Shown: positions 51,778 to 61,765, numbered from the stretch's first letter. The stretch: DNA of 64,000 nt from Candidatus Poribacteria bacterium (GCA_963665845.2 OY762492.1:3360001-3424000), one strand, 5' to 3'. Notes: a model not told the origin generated them from the letters alone. Made by a program: numbers and translations.

Positions 51778-52656
51778 TTATTGCAAATTAATCAAAAACG
51801 AAGCCGCCGCTGCCGCCCAAAAGACAACGCCGGCGACAATCAGATCGTAAGCGAGCCAGAACGGAGCGCCTCCCGGAGCGTCCATCCCGCCGACCTCCTC
51901 CCAAAACCGCAGCAGCAGTTTGGAACGGACAAGCCGCCGGTATCCGATCCGCCGCGCCGCAAGCCATGGAACGATCATCGCCAACGCCAAGAGAAGGACA
52001 GCGACGAAGATCAGCTTATCCTCCATTGGCCGCTCATCCGCCAACTCTGTTGTTAAAACGAGGATCAGAAAGGCAAAGACAACGCATCCGACAAGCGCTG
52101 TCAACAGCGCCGCCCAGTAACGCCAGCTTTTTCGGTTCGGCGTCGAAATGTCCGCATGCGGCTCGGCGATGCGCAGCTTCGCTATTCCGACGCTCATCAG
52201 AAAAAGCGCGCCGTACGCCCAGGCGTCCCAGCGCCAGATGAAAACGTTGTCCGAGGCTCTAAGCGGGCTGATATATGCCGTTTCAAGATAAGCAATCAGC
52301 GCCGCAGGAAAGCAAGCGGCGCCGAAAGCCGCCAGTATGCGTCCAAACCAGAAGGAGGCGCCTTGGCGCGGGGTTTCGGGCATGTTCCCGCCGTTTTCAG
52401 ACGGCTGCGCAAACGCGGCGAGCGCCTCGCCCAGCTCCGCCGCTTTTAACCCGATGCGCAGCTTCGCCGCGCCGAGGCTCAACAGCAAGCCGCCCAAAAC
52501 AAGCCAGCCGATCCCGCCATACCGGACGCCGCCCAGCAGCAGATAGAGCAAGACAACGCCGACCGCCGCCAAAAGCATGAGCCAGCGCAGGCGGTCTAAA
52601 TGGCGGTAAGTTTCATACCGCTGCTTGTAGATTTCCAGATCGTTTTGATCCGCCAT
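51778..52656 (-). CDS. Multi-pass membrane hypothetical protein with internal repeats
   Basis: About 7 TMs; AKLRI occurs twice plus ARRI; N-terminal EIYKQRYETYRHLDRLRW. Confidence 0.7.
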   Translation of the reverse strand: MADQNDLEIYKQRYETYRHLDRLRWLMLLAAVGVVLLYLLLGGVRYGGIGWLVLGGLLLSLGAAKLRIGLKAAELGEALAAFAQPSENGGNMPETPRQGASFWFGRILAAFGAACFPAALIAYLETAYISPLRASDNVFIWRWDAWAYGALFLMSVGIAKLRIAEPHADISTPNRKSWRYWAALLTALVGCVVFAFLILVLTTELADERPMEDKLIFVAVLLLALAMIVPWLAARRIGYRRLVRSKLLLRFWEEVGGMDAPGGAPFWLAYDLIVAGVVFWAAAAASFLINLQ

Positions 52657-52787
52657 CTATTCGCCCTCCGCTCCTTTGCCGCGTTTGATTAGCATACTTC
52701 AGGGCTGCGGGCGCGTCAAGAACCGCTCTCGTTTTTCAACGCCGCAGCCGCCATTTCATCTGCGGAGGCTGCCGCGGAAGAAGCGAT

Positions 52788-52914
52788 TTGATTTTTTCAA
52801 CGTCTTCAGGTATATTAATTACGGGGCGTATCATGCGCCTCAACTGAAGACGATGTCCGGGCGAAATCGACATGAGCCGACGCTCTGTGTACCGGTTTCG
52901 TTGAAAGGAATGGT
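52788..52914 (+). promoter_or_regulatory. Putative promoter plus structured leader of Na/Pi symporter 1
   Basis: TTGATT-N17-TATATT; three hairpin stems conserved in the copy at 54325-54450. Confidence 0.6.
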
Positions 52915-54003
52915 GTGAAGAATTTACGCCCCATTGGCGGATTCGTTCTCGGTCTAGCGCTTTTCTTCCTGAGCATTGAGCTGATGGGAGACGCTTTTGA
53001 ACTTTTCAGCGAAGGCGCCGCAGACCATCTTCTCAAGAGCGCGAGCAATCCGTTTGTCGGACTGTTTATCGGGATACTTTCTACGGCGCTGGCGCAAAGC
53101 TCCGTTGCTGTCATTTCTGTAACGGTTGCCGCCGTCGGGAGAGGATCCATCCCCGCCGCTGTCGCCATTCCGATCGTTATGGGCGCCAACATCGGCACGA
53201 CCGTCACGAACACGCTCGTTTCGCTCGCGCATATCCGCAACCGGGAGGAGTTCAAGCGCGCCATCGGCGGAGCGACCGTCCATGACTTTTTCAATATCAT
53301 TGTCGTCGCGATCCTTTTCCCGCTGGAGCTGATAACCGGCTTCATGGATCACATCTCCCGTTACTTAGCCGAAGCGTTTCAAAACTTCGGCGGTCTCGAT
53401 ATTGCCAGCCCGCTCCAGCAGTACTTCACCGGCCCTGTCAGCAAGACTTTTATCGAGTATGCCGGCAGAGAAGGGTGGATCGTTCTGATCATCGCCGCCG
53501 CGTTCCTTTTTTCCGGGCTGTTCATCCTTGTTCGCTCGCTCAAGAGGCTGGCGCTGGATCAAGCGGACAACGTGATCGAGAGGTATATCTTCAAGGCAAG
53601 TTCCGGCAGCTTGCTCTTCGGCGTTGTCATCACGATCCTTGTTCAAAGCAGCTCCATCACCACCTCGCTTGCGGTTCCGTTTGTGGCGACGGGCGCGCTC
53701 TCGGTCGCGCAGATCTTTCCCTACGTCTGCGGCGCCAACATCGGCATCACCTTCACGGCGCTTTTAGCCGCTTTAGCCGTCGGGAGCACCGAGGCGCTGG
53801 CAGTCGCGCTTGTGAATTTCTTTTTCAACGTGATAGGCGTTCTCATTGTGTTTCCGATCAAGCAGCTGCGGAAGATTCCGATCTGGCTGGCGGAGCGGTT
53901 CGGCGAGCTCGCCAGCCGATACAGGCTGCTCGCCATCGCTTATATGGTGGTGCTGTTTTACGCTATTCCGCTCGCGGTCATCATGCTCAGTCGGCTGTTT
54001 TAA
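52915..54003 (+). CDS. Na+/phosphate symporter (NptA/SLC34-like)
   Basis: LAQSS, MGANIGTTVTN, GATVHDFFN, LVQSSSITTS, GANIGITFTA. Confidence 0.92.
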   Translation: MKNLRPIGGFVLGLALFFLSIELMGDAFELFSEGAADHLLKSASNPFVGLFIGILSTALAQSSVAVISVTVAAVGRGSIPAAVAIPIVMGANIGTTVTNTLVSLAHIRNREEFKRAIGGATVHDFFNIIVVAILFPLELITGFMDHISRYLAEAFQNFGGLDIASPLQQYFTGPVSKTFIEYAGREGWIVLIIAAAFLFSGLFILVRSLKRLALDQADNVIERYIFKASSGSLLFGVVITILVQSSSITTSLAVPFVATGALSVAQIFPYVCGANIGITFTALLAALAVGSTEALAVALVNFFFNVIGVLIVFPIKQLRKIPIWLAERFGELASRYRLLAIAYMVVLFYAIPLAVIMLSRLF

Positions 54004-54017
54004 AGCGGCGGGCGGTT

Positions 54018-54313
54018 GAGTTGGGCATGCCTGCGCGTCATTCCCGCCGTTGCGGTAAACGCGCGGGAATCCAGAGCCGCCGAAGACGACGTCCGCATTC
54101 GCCGAAACCGTCATTCTACCGGGCGTCATTCCCGCGCAAGCGGGAATCTTAAGGCTCCGCGCCCTTTAAACCCCCCTAGCCCCCCTTTTCAAGGGGGGAA
54201 TCCAGAGGCCCCGCCCCAATCCCGTCATTCCCGCGCAAGCGGGAATCCAGAGGCGGCGCAGACGACGTCCGCGTTCACAACCAGAATTGTCCCAACTTTA
54301 AGGATAAGCTCTG
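54018..54313. repeat. Composite repeat cluster between the symporter paralogues
   Basis: REPs at ~54037, ~54125, ~54224; G-rich palindrome at ~54171; AGTTGGGCA on the left and TGTCCCAACT at 54288 on the right. Confidence 0.85.
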
Positions 54314-54324
54314 TCAAAAAACAT

Positions 54325-54450
54325 TCGATTCTTCCATCGCTTTCGGGTATGGTACTGATCGGCGTTTCAAACGCCTCAATTGAAAGCGAGATCCGGACGA
54401 AATCGACATGAACCGCCGTTTTGTGTACTGGTTTCGTTGAAAGGAATGGT
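54325..54450 (+). promoter_or_regulatory. Putative promoter plus structured leader of Na/Pi symporter 2
   Basis: TCGATT-N17-TATGGT; stems show compensatory changes relative to copy 1. Confidence 0.55.
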
Positions 54451-55587
54451 GTGAAGACTTTACGCTCCATTGGCGGACTCGTTCTTGGGCTGGCGCTTTT
54501 CTTTATCAGCATTGAGCTGCTGGGCGACGCGTTCAAACTTTTCGGCAAAGAAAAAGCGAATGAGTTTTTGAGCGCCGCCAATAACCCGTTTATCGGCTTA
54601 TTTATCGGCATTCTTGCCACGACGCTCGCTCAAAGCTCCTCCACCATCACCTCCTCGACGGTCATTCTTGTCGGAACGGGAGCCATTCCCGCCGCTGTCG
54701 CCCATCCGATCGTCATGGGCGCCAACATCGGCACGACCGTCACGAACACGATCGTCTCGCTCGCCCATATCGGCGACCGGGAGGAGTTCAAGCGCGCTAT
54801 CGGCGGCGCGACCGTCCATGACTTTTTCAACATCATTGTCGTCGCGATCCTTTTCCCGCTGGAGATGTTGACAGGCTTCATGGACAAAATCTCCCATGTT
54901 TGCGCCGGCGCGTTTCAATCGTTCGGCGGGAGGGAGATGGGCAGTCCGCTCAAAGATTATTTCACCGGACCCGTCAGCGATTTCATGATCAACCGAGTGG
55001 ACGGATTTGCGCCTGCATCGATCAAAACATGGCTGGTTCTGATCATCGCCGGCGCGTTTCTCTTCTTTGGGCTGCGCATTCTGGTTCGCTCGCTCAAGGC
55101 GCTCGCCCTTGATCAGGCGGACAATGCGATCGAGAAATATATCTTCAAAGCGAGCTGGGCAAGCCTGATCTTCGGCGTCGGCGTCACCATTCTTGTTCAA
55201 AGCAGCTCCGTCACCACCTCGCTTGCGGTTCCGTTTGTGGCGACGGGCGCGCTCACCGTCGCGCAGATCTTCCCTTACATCTGCGGCGCCAACATCGGCA
55301 CCACCTGCACCGCGCTGCTGACCGCTTTCTATTTAGTCAGTACGGGCGCAGACCTGTCCGATCCTGAAAAGCTAGCCGTGCTGGTCGTCGCGCTGGGGCA
55401 TTTCTTTTTCAACCTGACCGGCGTTCTGATTGTGTTTCCGTTTCAGCGGCTGCGGAATATCCCTGTCTGGCTGGCGGAGCGGTTCGGCGAGATCGCCAGC
55501 CGATACAGGACGCTTGCCATCGTCTATACGCTGGCGCTGTTTTACGCCGCGCCGCTCGGCGTCATTTTGATTGCGGGTCTCTTTTAA
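54451..55587 (+). CDS. Na+/phosphate symporter, tandem paralogue
   Basis: LAQSSSTITS, MGANIGTTVTN, LVQSSSVTTS, GANIGTT; GTG start equivalent to the paralogue. Confidence 0.92.
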   Translation: MKTLRSIGGLVLGLALFFISIELLGDAFKLFGKEKANEFLSAANNPFIGLFIGILATTLAQSSSTITSSTVILVGTGAIPAAVAHPIVMGANIGTTVTNTIVSLAHIGDREEFKRAIGGATVHDFFNIIVVAILFPLEMLTGFMDKISHVCAGAFQSFGGREMGSPLKDYFTGPVSDFMINRVDGFAPASIKTWLVLIIAGAFLFFGLRILVRSLKALALDQADNAIEKYIFKASWASLIFGVGVTILVQSSSVTTSLAVPFVATGALTVAQIFPYICGANIGTTCTALLTAFYLVSTGADLSDPEKLAVLVVALGHFFFNLTGVLIVFPFQRLRNIPVWLAERFGEIASRYRTLAIVYTLALFYAAPLGVILIAGLF

Positions 55588-55706
55588 AACTTAAAGAAAA
55601 TGACCAGCTCTTGCAGCAGTCGTCGTCAGAACGTCCCGTAGAGGCGCCGTCTGTCCGTTGCGCCGCCGCCTGCTTTGCGGTAAAATGATGCAAGCGAGGG
55701 GCATGT

Positions 55707-58700
55707 ATGGACGTCAAAGCGTTTCACGTCACCATTTCGCTGATGCTCGCGGCGGCTGCCTGGGTCGGGTGCTGGTTCATCGGCATAACGTATCTGTCGC
55801 GCGGATGGCGCGAGCGGGACAAGCGCGCCCGCGCTGTCGGGCTGCTCTGGTTCCTCATACCGACGCTGATCATGGCGGTTTGGACCTGGCCGCACATCGC
55901 CTATCTATGGACCGAGTATCAGTGGCGCGCCCATTTTTCCAACCCTGACGGCGACCTTGCCAGCTACGAAAAGGTGTTTGAGCGCATGCTTGCCATGCGG
56001 TGGCAGGTGTTCGGCATCTATTTCGGGGTCGGCTTTGCGTTTCTGTTTCTGAATCTGCTCATTGCCCGTTTCGTCTGCCGGCTGCGCGGCGACATCGAAC
56101 ACTGGGCGGTGACGCAATCGAGACTGATGCATCGGCTGCTGACAGCGGTATGTTTGGCGGCGTCCGGCTTGCTGGCGTTCATTGTCATGTGGCAGTGGGA
56201 GGCGTACTGGAACGCGGAAGCGTACGACAAGGAGGGGGTCGGCCGCGTTCAGGCGATTGTTCAACATCAACCCGCCCTTTTTGGGACGCCCGACCATCCC
56301 GCGACCGCCGCGCCATGGACAGACGCGTCGGCGCTGGAGACCTTCACCGAGGAGATGGAGGCGGCGCTGGAGGCGCGGTTCGCCGACAATCCGAACGTTC
56401 AGTTTCTCCGCATCGAAGGGGAGGAGAAGACGGGAGCGAAACAGGCTCCTGAACCGCCGCACTACTTCCTGCGCGGGTTTTTGTCGGTTGAGCCGGACGG
56501 CAAATCGTTTGGCAAATCGGTTTCTCTGGAGCTGACAGGCGGAACCGTCCTTAAGCGCGACGACACGATGCCTAGAAACTCTGAAGACAGCCACAAAAAG
56601 AGAGTTTCATTCGAAGCGGCGGCGACTGAAGACGAAGCGGCGATGACTGAAGAAGAGAGAAGAGCCGCCGACTTAGCCAGTTTGACCGAGCAGGCGGCGA
56701 AGTCGGATTATCTGAAGGACGGGTTCTGCGACCCGATTTTTCATAAAAATGTCGGCTATTACCTGTTCAGATTTCCGCGAACGCGCTATGAAAGCATGTG
56801 GATTCTGGCGGTTCTCTTCGCGGCGCTGGGGCTGATCGCATATCAGTACCGCTACTACTACCATCGAGACGCGAATTCGATGCCGCGCGCGTTGAGAGGC
56901 GTCGCGGCGCAGGGGACGCTGCTATGGATTGCGATACTGGGCGCGTCGGCTTGGAAGGCGGATGTGGACCGCCAGTCGATGCTGTATCTCGACCCGATGA
57001 TCAATTTGAACTTTTCCGATACGAAGTTGAGCGTCGACTACTTTTACATACTCCAGAACGTTCTGACGGAGTACTATATTGGGGCGTTGGCGGTTCTGGC
57101 GTTGGCGCTGCTGGTGAATGTGTTTTGGCAAAATCGGCGGCTGTGGTGGTGGGTCGCGGTTGGATGGGCGTCCTCGTATCTGCTGATCCTCTGGGCGTCT
57201 CCGACGGTTTACAACATTTTTTGGATTAAACCGAACCTGCGGAATTATGACCGTCCGTATCTTGAACGGCACATCGCCATGACGCGGCGCGGTTACAAGT
57301 TGGACGCGATTCAAAAAAACACGCTGATCCAGGAAACGTCCACCATGCAGGATGTTTTAGCGCGTCCTGAAGTCCTGAATAACGTGCAGCTTTGGAACCG
57401 CGTCACCGCCTGGAAATGGATCGAATCCGAGCATGTGTTCAATTTGCTGTCGCACACATTCCACAAGTATATGGACGTGGATCGGTACCATGTGGACGGC
57501 GAAATGCGGCAGCTGCTGCTTGGCGTTCGGGAGTTGGATCGGAAGTTCGTATCTGGGCGCGACTGGTGGACAAAGCGGCTGAAATATACGCATGGGTACG
57601 GGGTTGTCGCCTCTCCCGTCAATGAAACGGACAAGGATCAACCTAGAATTTGGACAGATAAAACGTTCGACATTCGCCGCCCTGAAGTGTATTTCGGCGA
57701 ACTGAACAACGACTATGTTTTTGTGGGAGCGTCAAGGGACGAAATCACCCTCAACATCACGCAATCAAATGAAGCGAAACCGTCGACGACACGGTACTCC
57801 GGACGCGGGGGCGTCGAGATCGGGCAGGGACTGGAGCGCTGGGCTTGGGCGACTCGGCTGTTGAGACCGATTCGCATCGGATTGTCCGGTGAGCTGGACG
57901 CCAACAGCCGCGTCTTGCTCCATCGGCATGTCAAAAGTAGAGCTGAGATACTGGCGCCGTTTCTCAAATTTGATAAAGACCCGTATATTGTGATCGGAGA
58001 AGAGTCCGGGAAATTATGGTGGGTGATCGACGTCTATACAACGACCGGAAGGTACCCGTATTCCGAAAAAAGACGCGCCTTGAACATTGAAGGGAAGCCG
58101 ATCCGCGATCTCGGCGGCGGCGTTTATTCGGAGCCGGATTTCAAGGGGTTCAATTACATACGCAACTCCGCCGTGGCTGTCGTGGATCCGTACAACGGCG
58201 ACGTCTTCTTTTACGTCACCGACTCGCACGATCCGCTCATCAAGATGTACCAGCATCATTTTGGCGCGCTGTTTCATCCGATAGAGAAGATGCCGAGAGA
58301 AATCAAAACGCACCTCCGTTACCCCGACTATCTGCTTTGGACGCAGGCGTATATGTACGGGCGGTACCATGTGGACGACGCGGAAACTTTCCGAGACGGC
58401 GCCCAGCAATGGGGCGTTCCGTTTGAATATATCTACAATCCGGATCGGAAGGTAGACGGAAAGTCGAAGCCTGATAACGAGAAGCAAGCGATGATGCCGT
58501 ATTATACGGTGTTGACGCTTCCAGGATCGGACAAGCCGGAATTTGTCAGCGTACTTCCGATGGCTCCTAAGAAGGAAGCGTCTCGCAATTTGCTTTCCGC
58601 ATGGCTTGTGGCGCGCTGCGACGGGGAAAATTACGGCGATGTCGTCTGTTATACGCTTCCCGTGTCGCCCGAAGAAAAATTGGACGGCCCCTTCGGCATT

Positions 58701-59570
58701 GAACATCGAATCGACACCGAAATGAGTAAGGTGTTCGAGCTTTGGGGCACTGATAAAGCGAAAGTTATTCGAGGCAGCCTGCTTCTGCTGCCAATACAGA
58801 CCAGGAGCGGCAATACGGCGCTGATCTATGTAGAGCCTGTTTATTCGCAGCCGTTGACCGAAAACGAAAGCGAAGGCGAACCGAAGAAAGGCAAACCGAC
58901 ATTAAAAGCGGTGTTTGTCAGCGCCGGCGGCGAGATCGCATACGACGACAGCTTTCAAAAGGCGCTTGACAAGTCGCTTCGGGCGGGGCTGAACGCCTCC
59001 ATCGCCGGCGTCGTTTCTGACGAGGAGGGAAATCCGATCAACGGCGTCGGGGTTCAGATCGCCGATAAAGAAAACGCGATCATGGACGCTGGGTTGTTCA
59101 CCAATCGGGACGGCGAATTTGAGTTTAATCAGCTGGAGGCGGGGGAAAATTACACACTCCATCTGGGCAAATCGGGTCTTGAGGCGAAAAGCGTACCGAT
59201 CACAACCCTGGTCGGCGAAGAAACGATCCAAAACGTGACGATGTCGCCGCCCGCGCCTGAAAAGCAGGAACGGACGCTCGCCGACATGATTCTCTCGGCG
59301 AAGCAGCAGCTAGACCTGTACAAAGACTCCAAAGCTGGCTTGACGACGCTTGAAAGCGATCTGAACCAGCTGATCCAGCGCGCCCGTTCAAAGAACGACC
59401 TTGTCCTTCAAGATCTGGCGATGTCGGCGAACGCGGCGCTTTCCAACTACAAACGAAGCAAACGAGAGGGGCTGACCGTCGACGCGGGGGAGCAGCGCGC
59501 GCAGCTCGAAGCGGACATACAGGCGATCTTCAAGCTAGCAACCGAAGCGGCGGCGAATGGCCAACCCTGA
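55707..59570 (+). CDS. UPF0182-family membrane protein with extra domains
   Basis: DVDRY, YTHGYGVV, RPEVYFGE, APFLKFDKDPY, YPYS, NYIRNS, HLRYP, IYVEPVY; C-terminal SIAGVVSDEEGNPINGV...TNRDGEFEF (carboxypeptidase-regulatory-like). Confidence 0.88.
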   Translation: MDVKAFHVTISLMLAAAAWVGCWFIGITYLSRGWRERDKRARAVGLLWFLIPTLIMAVWTWPHIAYLWTEYQWRAHFSNPDGDLASYEKVFERMLAMRWQVFGIYFGVGFAFLFLNLLIARFVCRLRGDIEHWAVTQSRLMHRLLTAVCLAASGLLAFIVMWQWEAYWNAEAYDKEGVGRVQAIVQHQPALFGTPDHPATAAPWTDASALETFTEEMEAALEARFADNPNVQFLRIEGEEKTGAKQAPEPPHYFLRGFLSVEPDGKSFGKSVSLELTGGTVLKRDDTMPRNSEDSHKKRVSFEAAATEDEAAMTEEERRAADLASLTEQAAKSDYLKDGFCDPIFHKNVGYYLFRFPRTRYESMWILAVLFAALGLIAYQYRYYYHRDANSMPRALRGVAAQGTLLWIAILGASAWKADVDRQSMLYLDPMINLNFSDTKLSVDYFYILQNVLTEYYIGALAVLALALLVNVFWQNRRLWWWVAVGWASSYLLILWASPTVYNIFWIKPNLRNYDRPYLERHIAMTRRGYKLDAIQKNTLIQETSTMQDVLARPEVLNNVQLWNRVTAWKWIESEHVFNLLSHTFHKYMDVDRYHVDGEMRQLLLGVRELDRKFVSGRDWWTKRLKYTHGYGVVASPVNETDKDQPRIWTDKTFDIRRPEVYFGELNNDYVFVGASRDEITLNITQSNEAKPSTTRYSGRGGVEIGQGLERWAWATRLLRPIRIGLSGELDANSRVLLHRHVKSRAEILAPFLKFDKDPYIVIGEESGKLWWVIDVYTTTGRYPYSEKRRALNIEGKPIRDLGGGVYSEPDFKGFNYIRNSAVAVVDPYNGDVFFYVTDSHDPLIKMYQHHFGALFHPIEKMPREIKTHLRYPDYLLWTQAYMYGRYHVDDAETFRDGAQQWGVPFEYIYNPDRKVDGKSKPDNEKQAMMPYYTVLTLPGSDKPEFVSVLPMAPKKEASRNLLSAWLVARCDGENYGDVVCYTLPVSPEEKLDGPFGIEHRIDTEMSKVFELWGTDKAKVIRGSLLLLPIQTRSGNTALIYVEPVYSQPLTENESEGEPKKGKPTLKAVFVSAGGEIAYDDSFQKALDKSLRAGLNASIAGVVSDEEGNPINGVGVQIADKENAIMDAGLFTNRDGEFEFNQLEAGENYTLHLGKSGLEAKSVPITTLVGEETIQNVTMSPPAPEKQERTLADMILSAKQQLDLYKDSKAGLTTLESDLNQLIQRARSKNDLVLQDLAMSANAALSNYKRSKREGLTVDAGEQRAQLEADIQAIFKLATEAAANGQP

Positions 59571-61068
59571 GCATTTAAAGCGGATCGCCGCCGGCGCGGA
59601 CGCTTGGAACGCTTGGCGGCAAGAGAACCCCGCCGTTCAACCCGACCTGTCGAACGCCGATCTGCGGCGGATCGATCTGATAGGCGCCCATCTTCAGAAC
59701 GCCGAGATGCAAGGCGCCGACCTGAACGGCGAAACGATTGCGGACGCCGACCTGTCCGGCGCGAATCTAGAGAACGCAAACTTTGAACGCGCCGTACTTT
59801 CCATGTCCCTGATGAACGACGCGCGCCTCAAAGCCGCCAACTTCAGAGACGCGAATCTGCGCCAAATCGACCTGTCCGGCGCCCATCTGGAAGGCGCTGT
59901 TTTCCGCAGGGCGTCCCTAGACCAGGTCGGCTTTGAGAACGCGAATCTGACCGGCGCCTTCTTTTTCGGGGCGCGGTTTCGATATGCGCGGTTTTCAAAC
60001 GCCGTTCTGCGCGACGCCAACCTGTTTCAGACGCGCCTCGCCAACGCGCCGTTTTCGGACGCGGAGCTGATTGGGGCGAATTTGCGCAATGCCGACCTGA
60101 CCGGCGCCGATTTTTCGCGGGCGGTTCTGCGCGGAGCCGACATCAGCGGCGCCGACCTGACCAACGCGATCCTCGCCGAAGCGGACCTGCGCGGAGCCGA
60201 AGCGGAGGGAGTCGTTTTGAACGGCGCGAACCTGCAGAACGCGCGGCTTGAGCGCGCCCGCCTCTCGTCCGCCCGCTTGGAACGCGCCGACTTGTCGAAC
60301 GCAGGGCTGGCGGACGCGAACCTTGCCGGCGCCGTCCTTGAAAAAACGATCTTGACCGGCGCGACGATGCGCGCCGCAAATCTGGAGAAGGCGCGCCTCC
60401 AGGACGCGCAGATATACGGCGCGGCGATGTGGGGCTTGCGCGGCAGCCCCGCCGCCGAGGAGCGGTTGATCTTGACGCCGGCGGACGGGCCGCTGGTGAG
60501 CGTGGACGGGCTGCCGCTGGCGCAGTTCATCTATTTTTTACTTCACACCCCCGACGCGCAGAATTTTATCCAGTCGGCGTCGCTCAAAACGGCGCTGATA
60601 TGCGGCAGGTTCAGCGAGCATTCGCAGCCGTTCTTGGCGGCGGCGCGGGCGGCGCTTCAAGAACGCGGGCTGCATCCGATCATGTTCGATATGCGCGGAC
60701 CGACGATACGCGCCTTAGGGGGCGGATTTTTAAATCTGGCGCGTATGTCGGCTCTCACGGCGGTCGATATGACCGGCATCTCAACGCTGCCGGAGCCGAT
60801 GGCCGCGGCGGTCGAAGAAGGCGCGCTCATGCAGCCGGTCGTGGATAAAAGCCGCTGGACAGAATGGCGCGAAATGCCCCAACTGCGCGCCCGCTTCCGC
60901 AACGCGCTCCCGACCCGCGCTTACGATTCGTCTAAGCCCAAACCGGACGCCTCCTTTTTAGGCGACTCGCTTCGGCGAACGACCGCGGCGGCGCCTATAG
61001 ACGCGACTTCAGCCGACCCCAAGAGAGCGCCATCCGCCCCTGCGGATTCACCGACAGGAACTGCCTGA
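59557..61068 (+). CDS. Pentapeptide-repeat protein with C-terminal globular domain
   Basis: MANPEHL...WNAWR leader, long A(D/N)Lxx repeat run, C-terminal LICGRFSE domain. Confidence 0.9.
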   Translation: MANPEHLKRIAAGADAWNAWRQENPAVQPDLSNADLRRIDLIGAHLQNAEMQGADLNGETIADADLSGANLENANFERAVLSMSLMNDARLKAANFRDANLRQIDLSGAHLEGAVFRRASLDQVGFENANLTGAFFFGARFRYARFSNAVLRDANLFQTRLANAPFSDAELIGANLRNADLTGADFSRAVLRGADISGADLTNAILAEADLRGAEAEGVVLNGANLQNARLERARLSSARLERADLSNAGLADANLAGAVLEKTILTGATMRAANLEKARLQDAQIYGAAMWGLRGSPAAEERLILTPADGPLVSVDGLPLAQFIYFLLHTPDAQNFIQSASLKTALICGRFSEHSQPFLAAARAALQERGLHPIMFDMRGPTIRALGGGFLNLARMSALTAVDMTGISTLPEPMAAAVEEGALMQPVVDKSRWTEWREMPQLRARFRNALPTRAYDSSKPKPDASFLGDSLRRTTAAAPIDATSADPKRAPSAPADSPTGTA

Positions 61069-61765
61069 TTCCCGACTCGGCTAGATCGGCAATCTCCGCG
61101 TCTTCCAAGACGACGTTCCAGATGGAGATTTCGTCCAGCGCGCCTTTCCACGCAAAGCCGCGGTTCGCGTCCAGCTCGCCGATCCAGACGGGAGACGGGT
61201 CGGCGTTTGTCATCGGGTCGCCGTGGACATTGACCCCTTCCTCCTGTCCGTCCAGGAGCAGGCGCGTCGCCATGTCGCCGCCGTTCGCGTCAAAAAGATA
61301 CGCCAGATGGTACCATTTGCCGTTCTCAATGGCGGTCGGACCGATGATCTGCCCTTTTCCGTTGACGCGCGCGTGAATTTTCCCGCCTCCCCAGAGAAAA
61401 ATGTTGAAAGCGTCCCCGTTCTGATGCCCGATCCGCTTGGAGATTATCGACATGCCTTCCAGGTCGCCGACGCCCTCGCACTTGAACCAGGCGGCGATCG
61501 TGAACGCTTCTAGCCCCGCCAGTTTGTCGGCATGCTCAATCTCGATCAGGTTCTGGTTGTTGCCGTCAAAATCGATGGCTTTTCCAATTCTTCCTGTTGT
61601 GGAACCCAAGGCTCCTTTCACCGCCATGGCGGTCGGATTTTCCGAGATGTCTTCAGGGCTGTCGGCGTTTTCCATGAGCAGCCCTAACGCTAAGTTCTCT
61701 ATTTCTGCGGCATGGGCGCAGATCGTCAGCGCCGCCGCGATGAACATTGCCGCCGCATTTCTCAT
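60995..61765 (-). CDS. Secreted LamG/concanavalin-like domain protein
   Basis: Signal peptide; GKAIDFDG, FTIAAW, GKWYHLA, WKGALDEISIWN. Confidence 0.88.
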   Translation of the reverse strand: MRNAAAMFIAAALTICAHAAEIENLALGLLMENADSPEDISENPTAMAVKGALGSTTGRIGKAIDFDGNNQNLIEIEHADKLAGLEAFTIAAWFKCEGVGDLEGMSIISKRIGHQNGDAFNIFLWGGGKIHARVNGKGQIIGPTAIENGKWYHLAYLFDANGGDMATRLLLDGQEEGVNVHGDPMTNADPSPVWIGELDANRGFAWKGALDEISIWNVVLEDAEIADLAESGIRQFLSVNPQGRMALSWGRLKSRL

